NCBI GenBank assembly: GCA_965263355.1
Contig: CBDHHL010000032.1
Coordinates: 640,001-704,000, forward strand
Reading direction: 5' to 3'
Source: Leptolyngbyaceae cyanobacterium
GTDB lineage: Bacteria; Cyanobacteriota; Cyanobacteriia; Phormidesmidales; Phormidesmidaceae
Length of the DNA stretch: 64,000 bases
The notes beneath the pieces were generated by a model that saw nothing but the letters and a program-made list of their open reading frames with translations, was not told where the DNA came from and made no database searches. Each line of letters opens with the position of its first letter. Position 1 is the stretch's first letter. A program made the translations under genes and the position numbers. Shown piece by piece: positions 1-11,184 of the stretch.

Positions 1-709
1 TGTGGCAATTCACAACACCAGGTACCCGCATCACTTCACGATGGATTAACTCCGGCGCAATGGCCATTTCATCTACTAGCCAAGGTAAATTGGCAGATAA
101 CACAACCCAACCACTGTGAAGTACCAAAATTGCTACGGGCAAAGCCATCACCATATCCAACCAACCAATTCCTCGCCAAACACCGATTAAACCAGCAATA
201 ACGACGATCGTGATCCAGATATCGCTCATCGTATGGTGAGCATCAGCAATCAAAAGCTGACTACCCAAACGCACACCCACACGTCTTTCGTAAACCGCAA
301 CGATAATATTGATCCCCAACACCAATAGCATGATCCAAAGGGCACCAGGCGTTAGTTCCACAGAATCTGCCCCAAGCAACAAGCGCTCAAACGCTCCCCT
401 TAAGATTTCAAAGCAAGCAATACCTAAAAACGCAGCAATACCTAAAGCACCAACTGCCTCATATTTTTGATGACCATAGGGGTGCTCTCGGTCAGGTTTT
501 GGTGATGCCAACTGGTTTGTGACCAGCCCTAAAACGTTATTAGCACTATCTGTAACACTATGGAGCGCATCCGCCAGTAAACTTAAGGATCCTGTCCAAA
601 AGCCGACAAATACCTTGAGAACCATCACTAAAAGATTGAGAAACAGGGTAATTAGTAGAACCTGCCTCACTTCAGACTGATAGCTACCACCAGAAACTTC
701 AGTAGACAT
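1..709 (-). CDS. Cation diffusion facilitator (FieF-like) transporter, 3' end outside window
   Basis: Not in ORF track. Manual translation from ATG at 709: MSTEVSGGSYQSEVRQVLLITLFLNLLVMVLKVFVGFWTGSLSLLADALHSVTDSANNVLGL...KPDREHPYGHQKYE, containing the CDF motifs ADALHS and HPYGH. Confidence 0.9.
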   Translation of the reverse strand, partial: MSTEVSGGSYQSEVRQVLLITLFLNLLVMVLKVFVGFWTGSLSLLADALHSVTDSANNVLGLVTNQLASPKPDREHPYGHQKYEAVGALGIAAFLGIACFEILRGAFERLLLGADSVELTPGALWIMLLVLGINIIVAVYERRVGVRLGSQLLIADAHHTMSDIWITIVVIAGLIGVWRGIGWLDMVMALPVAILVLHSGWVVLSANLPWLVDEMAIAPELIHREVMRVPGVVNCH

Positions 710-1027
710 GCACGACTTCTCCGCAGCATGTCTAATAGTAGCGAAAGAGGTTACCCAACGGGCATTAAGCTGCTAAACAGACAATCCAACAATTCCACAG
801 GATTTTATAAACTGATAGGGTTAGCGTACACTCGATATGTCAGTCCTTATTGCTTTAGTAATACTTTCCATTAGTCTAGGGCTATGCTACTTAATCGATG
901 GTCTTCCCCATCTGTGGCCCAGTCTGTCGATTGCTCCGATATGGCTATGGTTATTTTTGGGCTCAATGGTTTTGAGCTGGTTTATGCAGGACAGCTAACT
1001 GATTTTTACATAAGGTTATAACAAGCC

Positions 1028-1354
1028 ATGGCTAGAAACTTTGACCTGGAACAATTAGAGCAGCTTGCTGGTGGTGATAAAACATTTGAAAAAGAACTGT
1101 TGCAGATGTTTATAAGTGATACAGAAAATAGCCTCAGTCAGCTAGCAACTGCAATTAGCATGGAAAATCAAACAGCCATACAAGAACTTGCGCACTATAT
1201 CAAAGGCGCAAGTGCAAATGTTGGTGCAGTAGGGATGTCTGCAGCAGCAGCCAAGCTTGAGATGCTAGCCCAAAAAGGGAGCCTCAGGTCAGCTCCTGAC
1301 AACCTTATAAAACTGCAGGCTTTACATCAAGAGGTTAGACGTTTAGTCCGTTAA
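1028..1354 (+). CDS. Stand-alone Hpt (histidine phosphotransfer) domain protein
   Basis: AHYIKGASANVGA Hpt motif in a 108 aa helical protein. Confidence 0.9.
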   Translation: MARNFDLEQLEQLAGGDKTFEKELLQMFISDTENSLSQLATAISMENQTAIQELAHYIKGASANVGAVGMSAAAAKLEMLAQKGSLRSAPDNLIKLQALHQEVRRLVR

Positions 1355-1389
1355 CAAGGTCAAACGGGGCTTGCTAAACATGCTTCTCT

Positions 1390-1429
1390 AAATTAGAGAC
1401 CCAAAGCTTAAGCCCTGGGTCTCTAATTT
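1390..1429. terminator. Inverted repeat between convergent genes, probable bidirectional terminator
   Basis: AAATTAGAGACCCA (1390-1403) and TGGGTCTCTAATTT (1416-1429) form a 14 bp perfect stem. Confidence 0.6.
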
Positions 1430-1462
1430 GGCAAAACTTACCTACCTATCGAAGACTTTTCT

Positions 1463-1879
1463 TTAGACAGATGTACGGCTTTCAGTTGGCTCAGTAGTGC
1501 CATAAAGTTCTGGCAAATCACGCGATGGTGGCAGTGTTTTGGATTCACGGGTTTCAATATAGCCCGTATAGTAGGCACCGGGTTCAATTTCTAAGGCACC
1601 TGCCACAACGTCTCCTTCTAACCGGGCAGTGCTACTCAACGTCAGTTTACCTTCTGCATATACCCGCGCTTTCAAAACTCCTTGAACCGATATGTTTTGA
1701 GCGCGAACTTCTTGGCCTTCCACCAAACCGGTTTTAGAAATTTCTAGATCTCCCTGGATATCAACAATTCCATGAACGATACCATCAACAACTAACTTAC
1801 CTTCTGCATGTATATTGCCCTCTAGTTCACATGTTTTGCTGAGATACGTAAAACTAGTCGCTGGCTTTCGCTTAAACAT
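1463..1879 (-). CDS. Bactofilin (polymer-forming cytoskeletal protein)
   Basis: Beta-helix repeats LEGNIHAEGKLVVDGIVHG and ARLEGDVVAGALEIEPGAYYTG; start trimmed to the ATG of MFKRK. Confidence 0.88.
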   Translation of the reverse strand: MFKRKPATSFTYLSKTCELEGNIHAEGKLVVDGIVHGIVDIQGDLEISKTGLVEGQEVRAQNISVQGVLKARVYAEGKLTLSSTARLEGDVVAGALEIEPGAYYTGYIETRESKTLPPSRDLPELYGTTEPTESRTSV

Positions 1880-2280
1880 AAACACAGTAATGAGTACCCG
1901 TTCGGCTGGACAGTAATAATAATCGAAGGTTCCTACGGGGTAAGGCCCCAGATGCACACTTAATCTGAAACGTTTGCTATTGAACCATGGCTCAAAATTT
2001 TACCTTCTAAGCATTAACAAGCTGAGTAACAATTAAACAACTTTCTTTTCAAACTTTAAGGCTTTTCTTGCCTAAACTTTAGCATCAAGTTTTTAATTCA
2101 GACTGTTGCTTAGGCTATTTGTTTACTTGATTTTTTATACAAGGGGTCTAAAAAATCGTCCATATACGTAGATAACTCCTTAAATAAGACACCATCAGAT
2201 AGTACGCGCAGGCATCGCAGGTAAGGGTTCCATAACTTTAATTTTCTTGAATAAGTAAAATTTAAAGACCTTATAAAGGC

Positions 2281-2970
2281 TTATCCCAAGAGGCTGGTTA
2301 ATGCTAAAGCCATAGCAGCTGAACCAATCGGGACAGTTAGATTATCAATGCCATATTTGGAAACGGCTTCGAGAGCTGTGGCTGCGATCGCAACCCCCAA
2401 GGCCACCCCCATAAGCGCCCAGCTCATGCCCCATAACCCGCCCAAGACAACTAATACGACTAGGGCACTTGCGATCGCCATAGTGCAACTACCTTCCCAA
2501 CTTTTTTGCTCACCCCAAAGCTCGTACCTGTGGCGACCCCAACGCTGTCCTACCAAAGCCGCCAAACCATCTCCCCAGCACATAATCAAGATACCGATCA
2601 CTCCAAAATATGGATATTTCTGAGGCCAGCACCAGCCCATTAGCACACCTATACTAACTGCATAAAAAAAAGTACCCCAGCTACGACGTCCTACACTGTT
2701 AATACCTGGCAAAATCGGAAACCGATAGGAAATTAGAGCGATCCCGGCAAATATAACGGCGGCGGCTACACCCATCCAAGCAGGTAACCTTAACCACCAA
2801 GCCAGCAAAATTACGTGTCCTGCACCAATATGGACAATCTTACGGGTAATTTCTGGACCATACCCCAGCCGTCGCGCCCCTTCAGAAGCACTGCCAATCA
2901 ATAACAACCAGACCAATACCAGTCCTACCTGCCAGCCGTAAACGGATAATCCAATGTCTAATTGCCCCAT
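2281..2970 (-). CDS. Phytol kinase / SEC59-VTE5 family polyprenol kinase
   Basis: TRKIVHIGAG, WGDGLAALVG, KSWEGS and GIDNLTVP motifs; multiple TM helices. Confidence 0.85.
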   Translation of the reverse strand: MGQLDIGLSVYGWQVGLVLVWLLLIGSASEGARRLGYGPEITRKIVHIGAGHVILLAWWLRLPAWMGVAAAVIFAGIALISYRFPILPGINSVGRRSWGTFFYAVSIGVLMGWCWPQKYPYFGVIGILIMCWGDGLAALVGQRWGRHRYELWGEQKSWEGSCTMAIASALVVLVVLGGLWGMSWALMGVALGVAIAATALEAVSKYGIDNLTVPIGSAAMALALTSLLG

Positions 2971-3092
2971 GCGCTATCAGCCAAATCCCCTCAACGCGAT
3001 TGTAAAGCCTACATCAGATCCTTACTCAATGCGGTTCCCCTATCACCCTCAGACTGCTATCTTGATGGGGAAATTCAGTCACAAGCCACCGC

Positions 3093-3821
3093 ATGGGGAA
3101 TACCTACAAGCGAGTACTACTAAAACTTAGCGGCGAAGCCCTGATGGGCAAACTGGCCTACGGCATTGACCCAACTATAGTAGATGCCATCGCCCAGGAA
3201 ATTGCAGCCACCATCACTCAAGGAGTTCAAATTGCTATCGTCGTTGGCGGAGGCAATATTTTTCGAGGCGTAAAAGGCGCTGCCTCAGGCATGGATCGCG
3301 CTACAGCAGACTATATTGGCATGCTTGCCACGGTCATGAACGCCATGACCTTACAAGATGCCCTAGAACGTATTGATGTACCTACTAGAGTCCAGACAGC
3401 CATTTCTATGCAGGAAATGGCTGAGCCCTATATTCGCAGAAGAGCCATTCGTCACCTTGAAAAAAATCGAGTTGTCATCTTTGGCGCTGGTTCCGGTAAT
3501 CCATTCTTTACAACCGATACTACCGCTGCCCTCCGTGCAGCTGAAATTAGCGCCGAGGTACTCCTTAAAGCCACCAAGGTAGATGGCGTTTATGATTCTG
3601 ACCCTAAAACTAATCCCAACGCAAAACGTTATACCAGTTTGACCTATAGTCATGTTCTAGCCAAAGATCTCAAAGTGATGGATGGTACAGCCATTGCACT
3701 GTGTAAAGATAACAACATCCCCATCATGGTGTTTAATCTAGCTGTTGCTGGCAATATTCAACGAGCCATGACTGGGGAACCAATTGGCACGATTGTGGGA
3801 GGATCTTGTGAAGTTAGCTGA
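3093..3821 (+). CDS. pyrH: UMP kinase
   Basis: [23 protein letters not shown] and GNPFFTTDT motifs; followed by frr. Confidence 0.98.
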   Translation: MGNTYKRVLLKLSGEALMGKLAYGIDPTIVDAIAQEIAATITQGVQIAIVVGGGNIFRGVKGAASGMDRATADYIGMLATVMNAMTLQDALERIDVPTRVQTAISMQEMAEPYIRRRAIRHLEKNRVVIFGAGSGNPFFTTDTTAALRAAEISAEVLLKATKVDGVYDSDPKTNPNAKRYTSLTYSHVLAKDLKVMDGTAIALCKDNNIPIMVFNLAVAGNIQRAMTGEPIGTIVGGSCEVS

Positions 3822-4365
3822 TATTAACGATGTAGAGCAGGCGATGCAAAAGGCGGTTGAAGCCACTAAGCGTTCTTTCAACACCATCCGCACTGGGCGC
3901 GCCAACGCATCCTTATTGGATCGTATTTCCTTTGATTATTACGGTGCCCCTACACCATTGAAATCAATGGCTAGCATCAGCACCCCTGACCCAAGTACGC
4001 TAATGATTCAGCCCTACGATGCTAGCATTCTCAGCCAAATTGAGAAGGCGATTTCTCTGTCTGATGTTGGCCTAGTGCCAAACAACGATGGTTCAGTTAT
4101 TCGGTTAAATATTCCACCCTTAACCACCGAACGTCGTAAAGAATTTGTCAAACAGGCCAGTAAGTACGCTGAAGAAGGGCGTGTAGCCATTCGTAACGTT
4201 AGACGGGACGGCATGGAATTTGCTAAAAAGCAAGAAAAAAGTGGTGACTTATCTGAAGATGAAGCTCGCGATTTGCAAGATCAGGTCGAAAAGCTAACTA
4301 AGCAATACATTCAGAATGTCGATAAGGCATTTGAAGATAAGGAAAAGGAAATCATGAAGGTTTGA
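3808..4365 (+). CDS. frr: Ribosome recycling factor
   Basis: [12 protein letters not shown] and [11 protein letters not shown] motifs; GTG at 3808 preceded by GGAGG, overlapping the pyrH end. Confidence 0.97.
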   Translation: MKLADINDVEQAMQKAVEATKRSFNTIRTGRANASLLDRISFDYYGAPTPLKSMASISTPDPSTLMIQPYDASILSQIEKAISLSDVGLVPNNDGSVIRLNIPPLTTERRKEFVKQASKYAEEGRVAIRNVRRDGMEFAKKQEKSGDLSEDEARDLQDQVEKLTKQYIQNVDKAFEDKEKEIMKV

Positions 4366-4477
4366 TTCAATAGCATTCAGATTCTAAAAAGAAAAAGCTA
4401 CCTAGCTCCCAATTGCGCTGACTCCAAGATTTAGTAGCCACAGCCCCTTAAAATAAAGCGGGTCATATCAGGAGTGC

Positions 4478-5611
4478 ATGATGTTTGACTGTATCGTCGT
4501 AGGCGCTGGACCTGCAGGTAGTACAACCGCGTATCAGCTAGCAAAGCAGGGCCACTCTATATTGCTCATTGAAAAGCATGACCTCCCCCGCTACAAGCCT
4601 TGTACGGGGGCTGTGGCACCAAGTATCGCCAACTGGCTTGACTTTGATATCACACCCGCTATCGATCAAAAGCTGCGTCGTATTCGTTACACTTGGCAGC
4701 TGACTGATCCCATTGACTCAGAAATCGAAACCGATGAGCCCATATGGGTTGTTCGTCGTGATGTCTTTGATCAATACTTAGTTGACCAAGCCTACAGGCA
4801 GGGTGTAACCATCAGAGATAGTACACCTGTTTTAAGCATAGAGTTCAAAAGCAAAACTTGGACAGTCAACACGGCAAACGGGTCATTCGTTACCCGTTAT
4901 CTAGTAGCCGCTGACGGGGCCGATGGTCCAATGGCTAAATGGCTGGGATTTAAATCTGAAAAAGTGCGTCAGAGTTATGTTCTAGAGCTGGATTTACCTG
5001 CACCTGTTGACAATCCCACCATGTCATTTGAATTTGGCTTGGTTAAGCAAGGTTGCCTTTGGAACTTTCCAAAACAACAGCGTTATTCCCTAGGCATTGC
5101 TCGTTTCTTGGGCGATACTCTCAAAAATCCAGAAAAATCTTTAGCTACCTATGCCGAAGCATTAGGGACCCATATCGAAGCAGGCCAACTCTATACCCAT
5201 GGCCTTAAACTTTGGAATGGCAATCGCCCTCTCCATACAAACCAAGCACTCTTAGTGGGTGAAGCAGCTGCCCTGGTAGATCCCATGACTGCCGAAGGTA
5301 TTCGTCCTGCAATTTTTAGCGGGATTAAAGCTGCCATGGCTATCAACAGTGCCTTGAAGGGAAATGAACAATCTCTGGCCAACTACAGCCAGACCATTCA
5401 CAATGAATGGGGCAATGACATCCAGTGGAGTCAGCGCATTGCCAACGTGTTTTTCCGCATACCTAAAATTGGCTATCGAGTTGGCATCAAGCGACCAACT
5501 GCAACTAAACGATTGGGCCAACTACTAACTGGTGAAATCCACTACGCCGACTTAGCCAATCGAGTGATAAAACGCCTCAGTAGTGGCTTTTTACCTGGCA
5601 GAGAGAGCTAA
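4478..5611 (+). CDS. Geranylgeranyl reductase family FAD-dependent oxidoreductase
   Basis: VVGAGPAG Rossmann motif, PRYKPC, LVAADGA and LLVGEAAALVDPMTAEGIRPA. Confidence 0.88.
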   Translation: MMFDCIVVGAGPAGSTTAYQLAKQGHSILLIEKHDLPRYKPCTGAVAPSIANWLDFDITPAIDQKLRRIRYTWQLTDPIDSEIETDEPIWVVRRDVFDQYLVDQAYRQGVTIRDSTPVLSIEFKSKTWTVNTANGSFVTRYLVAADGADGPMAKWLGFKSEKVRQSYVLELDLPAPVDNPTMSFEFGLVKQGCLWNFPKQQRYSLGIARFLGDTLKNPEKSLATYAEALGTHIEAGQLYTHGLKLWNGNRPLHTNQALLVGEAAALVDPMTAEGIRPAIFSGIKAAMAINSALKGNEQSLANYSQTIHNEWGNDIQWSQRIANVFFRIPKIGYRVGIKRPTATKRLGQLLTGEIHYADLANRVIKRLSSGFLPGRES

Positions 5612-5904
5612 GCAATCTTTTTTCAAGCAGAGTGGTTATTTTTACCGACTTAAGTAAACAATAATCATTTATTGTAGAAAATAAAAATTAAAACCTTATC
5701 AAAAAAATTCACAAGTAAATCCTTGGAACAGTATACGAGATTGCAATTTATATAAAGCAAATCTTTAGATTAAACATTTTAAGAATATTTTGTCTAAACA
5801 TATTCTTCACAAGACTAATAACTTTTATATTTTAAATTTCCGGCAGTTTGGTCATTTCTAGAACCACATAAAAGTGTCTAAAAATACGCGGGACTAGGGC
5901 TCTG

Positions 5905-5948
5905 GCGACAGCGGGGATCGCCTGCCAAGAGGCGATCCCCGCTGTCGC
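5905..5948. repeat. Perfect 19 bp GC-rich inverted repeat
   Basis: GCGACAGCGGGGATCGCCT-gccaag-AGGCGATCCCCGCTGTCGC within an AT-rich intergenic region. Confidence 0.85.
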
Positions 5949-6024
5949 TGTAACTTTTGACACATTGTCGCAAACATAAGAGCTTGTCATAATTAAGACC
6001 TACCTGTTTTTTTAATAAGTTCTT

Positions 6025-6213
6025 ATGAATACTGTGATTCAAACTGTCCATTGCCCAAACTGTGGTCAATCCGCTGAGCGGCATTATTTAAACAATCAGC
6101 AATTAACCCGAACTCAATGTTCAAGCTGTGATTACTTAATGATTGTTTGTCAAAAAACTGGCAAAGTTATCGAAGCATATGCCCCAGGAATCGCTTCAGT
6201 GATGGCTAGCTAA
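6025..6213 (+). CDS. Small zinc-ribbon protein of a conserved cyanobacterial type
   Basis: CPNCG...CSSCDYL two CxxC pairs, ending TGKVIEAYAPG; 62 aa. Confidence 0.75.
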   Translation: MNTVIQTVHCPNCGQSAERHYLNNQQLTRTQCSSCDYLMIVCQKTGKVIEAYAPGIASVMAS

Positions 6214-6276
6214 CATTAAATGAGCAAATGGCAAATCCCTATAAAAATTGGAGAACAAGTTTTCTACAGCCTGAGA

Positions 6277-7335
6277 CTAAGCTTCAACTTTGGATGCGCG
6301 TAACTGCCCACAAGCCGCATCTTTTTCTAGCCCCCGTGAATAACGAACACTGACAGCAATTCCTGACGTTTTTAAGCGGTCAGTAAATTGGTTAATACGT
6401 TTACGTGAAGGACGCTGATAGTCTACTTCATCGATAGGATTATAGGGAATTAAGTTGACATGGCTTTGAAATCCACGCAGTAACTGCGCCAACTCACCAG
6501 CGTGGTCTTCACAGTCATTCAAACCTGCTAGCAAAATATACTCGAACGTAACACGACGCCCTGTAATAGCAACATATTCACGACATTCATCCAGTAAATC
6601 TGCCAAGGGATATTGTTGTGCACTGGGAATCAACTGCGTTCGTAGTATTTGATTAGAGGCATGGAGACTGACAGCTAATGTTACTTGCAACTGATGCTGG
6701 GCAAGTCGACGAATTTTCCCTGGAATCCCAACTGTAGAAATAGTGATGCTGCGCTGACCAATACCAATATCCTGGTTAAGGCATTTCACTGCTGCCACAA
6801 CATTTTCTGTATTGATCAACGGTTCTCCCATACCCATAAAAACAATATTGCTAACCCGCTGCTTAAAGGCTGCTTGCACAGTCAGCACCTGGTCAACAAT
6901 TTCATGAACAGCTAAATTGCGAATAAATCCACCTTTACCCGTTGCACAAAAATCACAGGCCATGGGACATCCTACTTGAGATGACACACAGACGGTCAGA
7001 CGTTTGTCCGTTGGCATGCCAACGGCCTCAATCATTTGCCCATCGCCTAAGCGCAACAAGAACTTAACCGTTTGATCAGCAGCCACAGAGCGATGATGAA
7101 TTTCAGAGCGACCAACAAAAACGCTCTCCATCTCCTGACGCCAGACTTTTGGAAAAACTGTAATGTCTGTTAATGAACGAGCACCCTTGCTGTATAACCA
7201 CTGGTGCAGTTGCTTACCTCGATAGGCAGGCTGTCCCTGGGTCTTCACCCAATCAGTCAACTCAGCTTGGTTCATCCCTAGAAGAGGACGCTGAGGTGAT
7301 TCATTGATTTGAGCACCATCTAAGGTAACAACCAT
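6277..7335 (-). CDS. rlmN: 23S rRNA (A2503-C2) methyltransferase, radical SAM
   Basis: [25 protein letters not shown] and AACGQL motifs. Confidence 0.97.
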   Translation of the reverse strand: MVVTLDGAQINESPQRPLLGMNQAELTDWVKTQGQPAYRGKQLHQWLYSKGARSLTDITVFPKVWRQEMESVFVGRSEIHHRSVAADQTVKFLLRLGDGQMIEAVGMPTDKRLTVCVSSQVGCPMACDFCATGKGGFIRNLAVHEIVDQVLTVQAAFKQRVSNIVFMGMGEPLINTENVVAAVKCLNQDIGIGQRSITISTVGIPGKIRRLAQHQLQVTLAVSLHASNQILRTQLIPSAQQYPLADLLDECREYVAITGRRVTFEYILLAGLNDCEDHAGELAQLLRGFQSHVNLIPYNPIDEVDYQRPSRKRINQFTDRLKTSGIAVSVRYSRGLEKDAACGQLRASKVEA

Positions 7336-7442
7336 GGTTAAAGCTAATAAAAAGTAGTCCAGGGCAATTGCCAGAACTACATCTTAGATGATGATGAGGG
7401 GTAGTCGGCAGCATGTCACCATTCACCCCTCATTTCATCACT

Positions 7443-8261
7443 TTAATTATTAGCCTCAGGATTGTCATTAATCAGGTCAACTAATCCTTCGGTCAATGCC
7501 CTGGGATCCATAAAGACAACCTTAGAATTATCACTTTCACCTAGCTTTTGATTTGCATCTACATAACGCTGAGCAATCAAAAACTTCATAATGTCACCTT
7601 GGCTTAGCTGACCATCAAACGCCTGAGAAATCAGACGCATCGACTGAACATTACCCTCTGCTTCCAGGATAGCGGCCTCCTTTAAACCTTCGGCTTTAGT
7701 AATTGCAGCCCGTTTAGCAATTTCAGCGGCCTGCTCAAGTCGCATAGATTCTTCCACTTCAGATGGGATTTTAATCTCTTGAACTTCTACACGATTTACC
7801 TTGACCCCCCAAGGTTCAGTCGCCTCATCTAAGACATCAAGCAAAGCCTTATTGATAGCTTCTCTGGAGGAGAACGTTTCCTGGAGGTCCATCTTACCGA
7901 TTTCAGACCGTAGCGTTGTAACGACTAATTCCTGGATAGCAGTTTCCACGTCTTCAATGGCATAGTAAGTTTTCTCAAGGTCCAGAATACGCCAATAAAT
8001 CACAGCATCTATCTCAACATTGACGTTATCTCGAGTAGTGCCACTTCTGGGTTCAATATCTAAAATTTGTTCCCGTAGCGTATCTTCAATCACTAAAGAA
8101 TCGAGCAGCGGCACGATGAAATTAACACCTGGTTCTAAGGTGGAGCGGTAACGCCCCAATCGCTCTATCAAGGCTGCATTGCCTTCTTTGACAACCCTGA
8201 CAGAACCAACTGAGTAGCCAATAATTATTAACGAGAGAATAGCAAGAATAGAAGAGCCCAT
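7443..8261 (-). CDS. SPFH / band-7 (stomatin/paraslipin-like) protein
   Basis: N-terminal TM, IERLGRY...LEPG, TTLRSEIGKM and TEPWGVKVNRVE; start trimmed to MGSSIL. Confidence 0.92.
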   Translation of the reverse strand: MGSSILAILSLIIIGYSVGSVRVVKEGNAALIERLGRYRSTLEPGVNFIVPLLDSLVIEDTLREQILDIEPRSGTTRDNVNVEIDAVIYWRILDLEKTYYAIEDVETAIQELVVTTLRSEIGKMDLQETFSSREAINKALLDVLDEATEPWGVKVNRVEVQEIKIPSEVEESMRLEQAAEIAKRAAITKAEGLKEAAILEAEGNVQSMRLISQAFDGQLSQGDIMKFLIAQRYVDANQKLGESDNSKVVFMDPRALTEGLVDLINDNPEANN

Positions 8262-8414
8262 GGGGAACTGGAGCGCTAGCGCAATGAAATGAATGTGCTC
8301 ATGGATAACACATCTTTTGAGTTTCTGTCTAGCGTACGATACGGAAATTGGGATAATCTGCGTGTCAAATACCCTCAGTACTTGACACGCCATTACTCAT
8401 AACAACCAACATTC

Positions 8415-9152
8415 ATGTCAGAAAAGTTAATAGTCCAACATGTTATGCAACATATTAGGTCTACAACTAATTGGTTAGGAGCACTTACGTTCGTTTTAGG
8501 GCTAGGATTTGAGGCAGGCTATGGGTCAAAAGTAATGGCCCAGCATAGCCACAGTGGCTGTTATATCAAAGATGAAAATGGTGATTTGTATGATCTTGGT
8601 TTGCTTTGTACAGTTCCTGATGATCGCAATGTTGAACCAATCTTGCAAACCGGTGATGTCCAGGTAACGCTACGTTGGAATACTAGGGATGATTTAGATT
8701 TAATCGTTGTGGATCCAGCCGGTAGTGTCGTGGATTTTGGTTCCCCCAGATCGCCTTCGGGGGGACAACTGGATGTGGATGCCAACAGCTTTTGCCAAAC
8801 TCAAAATTTTTCCCCGGTTGAAAATATCTTTTGGCCAACGGGAACAGCTCCCGTTGGTCAGTATTTGGCTTACGTTACCCTGGCAATACCCTGTAGTTTA
8901 GAAAACTTAGTCAGTAGTGATATCACCGCTGCTAATAACGCGTATGGAGCCCTGGAAGTCCCCTATACACTAACCATTTTGAATGAAGGGGAAACGACAA
9001 CCTATGATGGCATTAGCAGACCTGAAGAATTTGGAGTGGACTATCCTTTTCAGGTAGGCCCATCAGCTGGAACGACTCCCCCTTCCTTGTCTGAAACAGA
9101 GCCGCCTAAAGATAGTTTAGAATTGCCTAGTTTTGGGTTACCGGAATTGTAA
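8415..9152 (+). CDS. Exported protein with YfaP/DUF2135-like domain
   Basis: GDVQVTLRWNTRDDLDLIVVDP...GGQLDVDAN...VENIFWP pattern; signal-like N-terminus. Confidence 0.6.
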   Translation: MSEKLIVQHVMQHIRSTTNWLGALTFVLGLGFEAGYGSKVMAQHSHSGCYIKDENGDLYDLGLLCTVPDDRNVEPILQTGDVQVTLRWNTRDDLDLIVVDPAGSVVDFGSPRSPSGGQLDVDANSFCQTQNFSPVENIFWPTGTAPVGQYLAYVTLAIPCSLENLVSSDITAANNAYGALEVPYTLTILNEGETTTYDGISRPEEFGVDYPFQVGPSAGTTPPSLSETEPPKDSLELPSFGLPEL

Positions 9153-9175
9153 GAGCGGCAATGCTCTTTGCTGTA

Positions 9176-9901
9176 CTAACGACGACGACCTTGGTTGAAA
9201 GGGCCTTGCCCTCTAGGAAATAGCCCTAGTAATGGACCTAGCACCACACCGAATACAAATCCACCTGCATGGGCCCAGTAAGCAACACCGCCTGAGCCCA
9301 TATCAGCATTGGCACCTAGGCTAGCAACGCCATAGAAAGCCTGCTGTACAAACCACCAGCCTAGAAAAAAGACGGCTGGAATACGCACGGTCGTAAAGAT
9401 AAAAAATAATGGTAAGAGTGTGAGAATCTGAGCCTTAGGAAAACGAATGATATAGGCTCCCATGACACCTGCGATCGCACCACTGGCTCCTAACGTCGGC
9501 ACCATAGACGCTGGCGCAAAGACCCACTGGGCCATGCCTGCCAATGCCCCACAGGCCAGATAAAATACAATAAATCGCCCGTGCCCCAGCTGGTCTTCAA
9601 TATTGTTACCAAAAATCCAAAGGTAGAGCATGTTGCCCCCCAGGTGGGCAAAGCCACCATGGAGAAACTGGGAACTGATTAAGGTAAACCACTCACCGAT
9701 AGGATTCACAGACTGCCCACCAAAGCTCTCTGTAAGCTCAGCTGGGACAATGGCCCATACATTAAAAAACTGATTTAGGGCTTCTTCTCCCATACCCTGG
9801 AGAGAAAGTTCGTATACAAAAATCAAGACATTGAGAACAATCAACACAAACACTACATAGGGCGTTGTGCGGGTTGGATTATTGTCGCTTAAGGGAACCA
9901 C
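9176..9901 (-). CDS. Rhomboid family intramembrane serine protease
   Basis: FLHGGFAHLGGNM, GASGAI (catalytic Ser) and AYWAHAGGF (catalytic His). Confidence 0.95.
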   Translation of the reverse strand: MVPLSDNNPTRTTPYVVFVLIVLNVLIFVYELSLQGMGEEALNQFFNVWAIVPAELTESFGGQSVNPIGEWFTLISSQFLHGGFAHLGGNMLYLWIFGNNIEDQLGHGRFIVFYLACGALAGMAQWVFAPASMVPTLGASGAIAGVMGAYIIRFPKAQILTLLPLFFIFTTVRIPAVFFLGWWFVQQAFYGVASLGANADMGSGGVAYWAHAGGFVFGVVLGPLLGLFPRGQGPFNQGRRR

Positions 9902-10015
9902 AGAACAGTAGATAAGCTGGCTACTTACCTATTGTCGGTGATGAGTTTTGATACGCGCAAGCACATGGCCTTGGACCCCTATCTTAAGTTTTGAATTTTA
10001 AGTTTTAAGACCTTC

Positions 10016-10939
10016 CTACGCCGCCTTAGATTCACTGGGTTTACCGCCCCAGACCGCCTTAATTGTGTCTAAAAAAGCAAACACTGATGGTGGCTGCAAT
10101 GCATCCACCAGGGTAATAACGCCAATCACCCGTTCAAACGGTTCTGGCAGTTGAGCAACCGTAATATCGTCAGGAATGGGTTCAGCGGCCAATCGAGCCA
10201 TAATTGTCGCGCCTAACCCCCGTCGTACCATGCTGACAATGGTCGAGTCTTCGCGCACATCGTAGGCCACGTTAATCGGCTGATTATGGCGTGTTAAATA
10301 ATTCTCAATGTTGTAACGACAGCCATCGCCTGGAGGCGTTTGAATCAAGGGATAATTAAATAACTGCTCCCAGGTCAGCTGGGCATCTATTGGTTTTGCG
10401 GTGGGCGGTAACAATACTACATATTCATCTCGCAATAATTCCCACGCATCAAACTCAGCACTTGCCGGTAAATAGCTAAAGCCAATATCAAGCCGCCCCT
10501 GACGGAGATGGTCTTCAACCCGGTAGTAATGATTAAACTCTTCGATAGTGACGCTGATGCCAGGGTACTGCTGGCGGAAACGTTCAATTACAGCAGGTAA
10601 AATATGGGTGGCGACACTACGAAAGCCACCCATACGTACCTGGCCTGATTGCAAGCCTTTGGCTAACTGGGCCTGCTGACAAATTTTGTCTAACCGCTCC
10701 AATACTTGTTGGGCTTCAACGGTAATGGCTTCACCCACTGGGGTAAGTACAGCGCCCTGGCGACCTCGGTTGAGGAGGATAACTCCGAGTTCAGTTTCTA
10801 GGGTGGCGATCGCATGGCTCACCGCCGATTGGGATAGGTCTAATTGCAAAGCTGCATCGCTAAAGGTACCGGTCTTAGCAATAGCCACCAGCGCCCTTAG
10901 TTGGGAAAGTTTAAGTCGATTGGGATTGCTCTCGGCCAT
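10016..10939 (-). CDS. LysR-family transcriptional regulator
   Basis: N-terminal HTH FSDAALQLDLSQSAVSHAIATLETELG plus substrate-binding domain. Confidence 0.95.
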   Translation of the reverse strand: MAESNPNRLKLSQLRALVAIAKTGTFSDAALQLDLSQSAVSHAIATLETELGVILLNRGRQGAVLTPVGEAITVEAQQVLERLDKICQQAQLAKGLQSGQVRMGGFRSVATHILPAVIERFRQQYPGISVTIEEFNHYYRVEDHLRQGRLDIGFSYLPASAEFDAWELLRDEYVVLLPPTAKPIDAQLTWEQLFNYPLIQTPPGDGCRYNIENYLTRHNQPINVAYDVREDSTIVSMVRRGLGATIMARLAAEPIPDDITVAQLPEPFERVIGVITLVDALQPPSVFAFLDTIKAVWGGKPSESKAA

Positions 10940-11184
10940 GGAGCCCCTAAAAATTGGATGATGCCTAAAAACGCATCCAAGGTAAACACCCTAAGGTTGT
11001 TTCAAAACTATAGTTTTTGAATATGGACACGATCTATTTAGATATTGCCTTAGGGTGCTCAATAAAATCGATTAAATCCATCTATACCTTTCATACAACC
11101 TTTGCAGCAGACCTCTTGATTTGTTCAGTTGCTAACCCATAAACTAAGCAACTGGGAATCAGAACTACAGCCAGAGACAGGACT

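Noticed and set aside
6025..6213. Calling the zinc-ribbon protein PriA
   Set aside because: At 62 aa it has no helicase domain; only the CxxC pairs resemble PriA.
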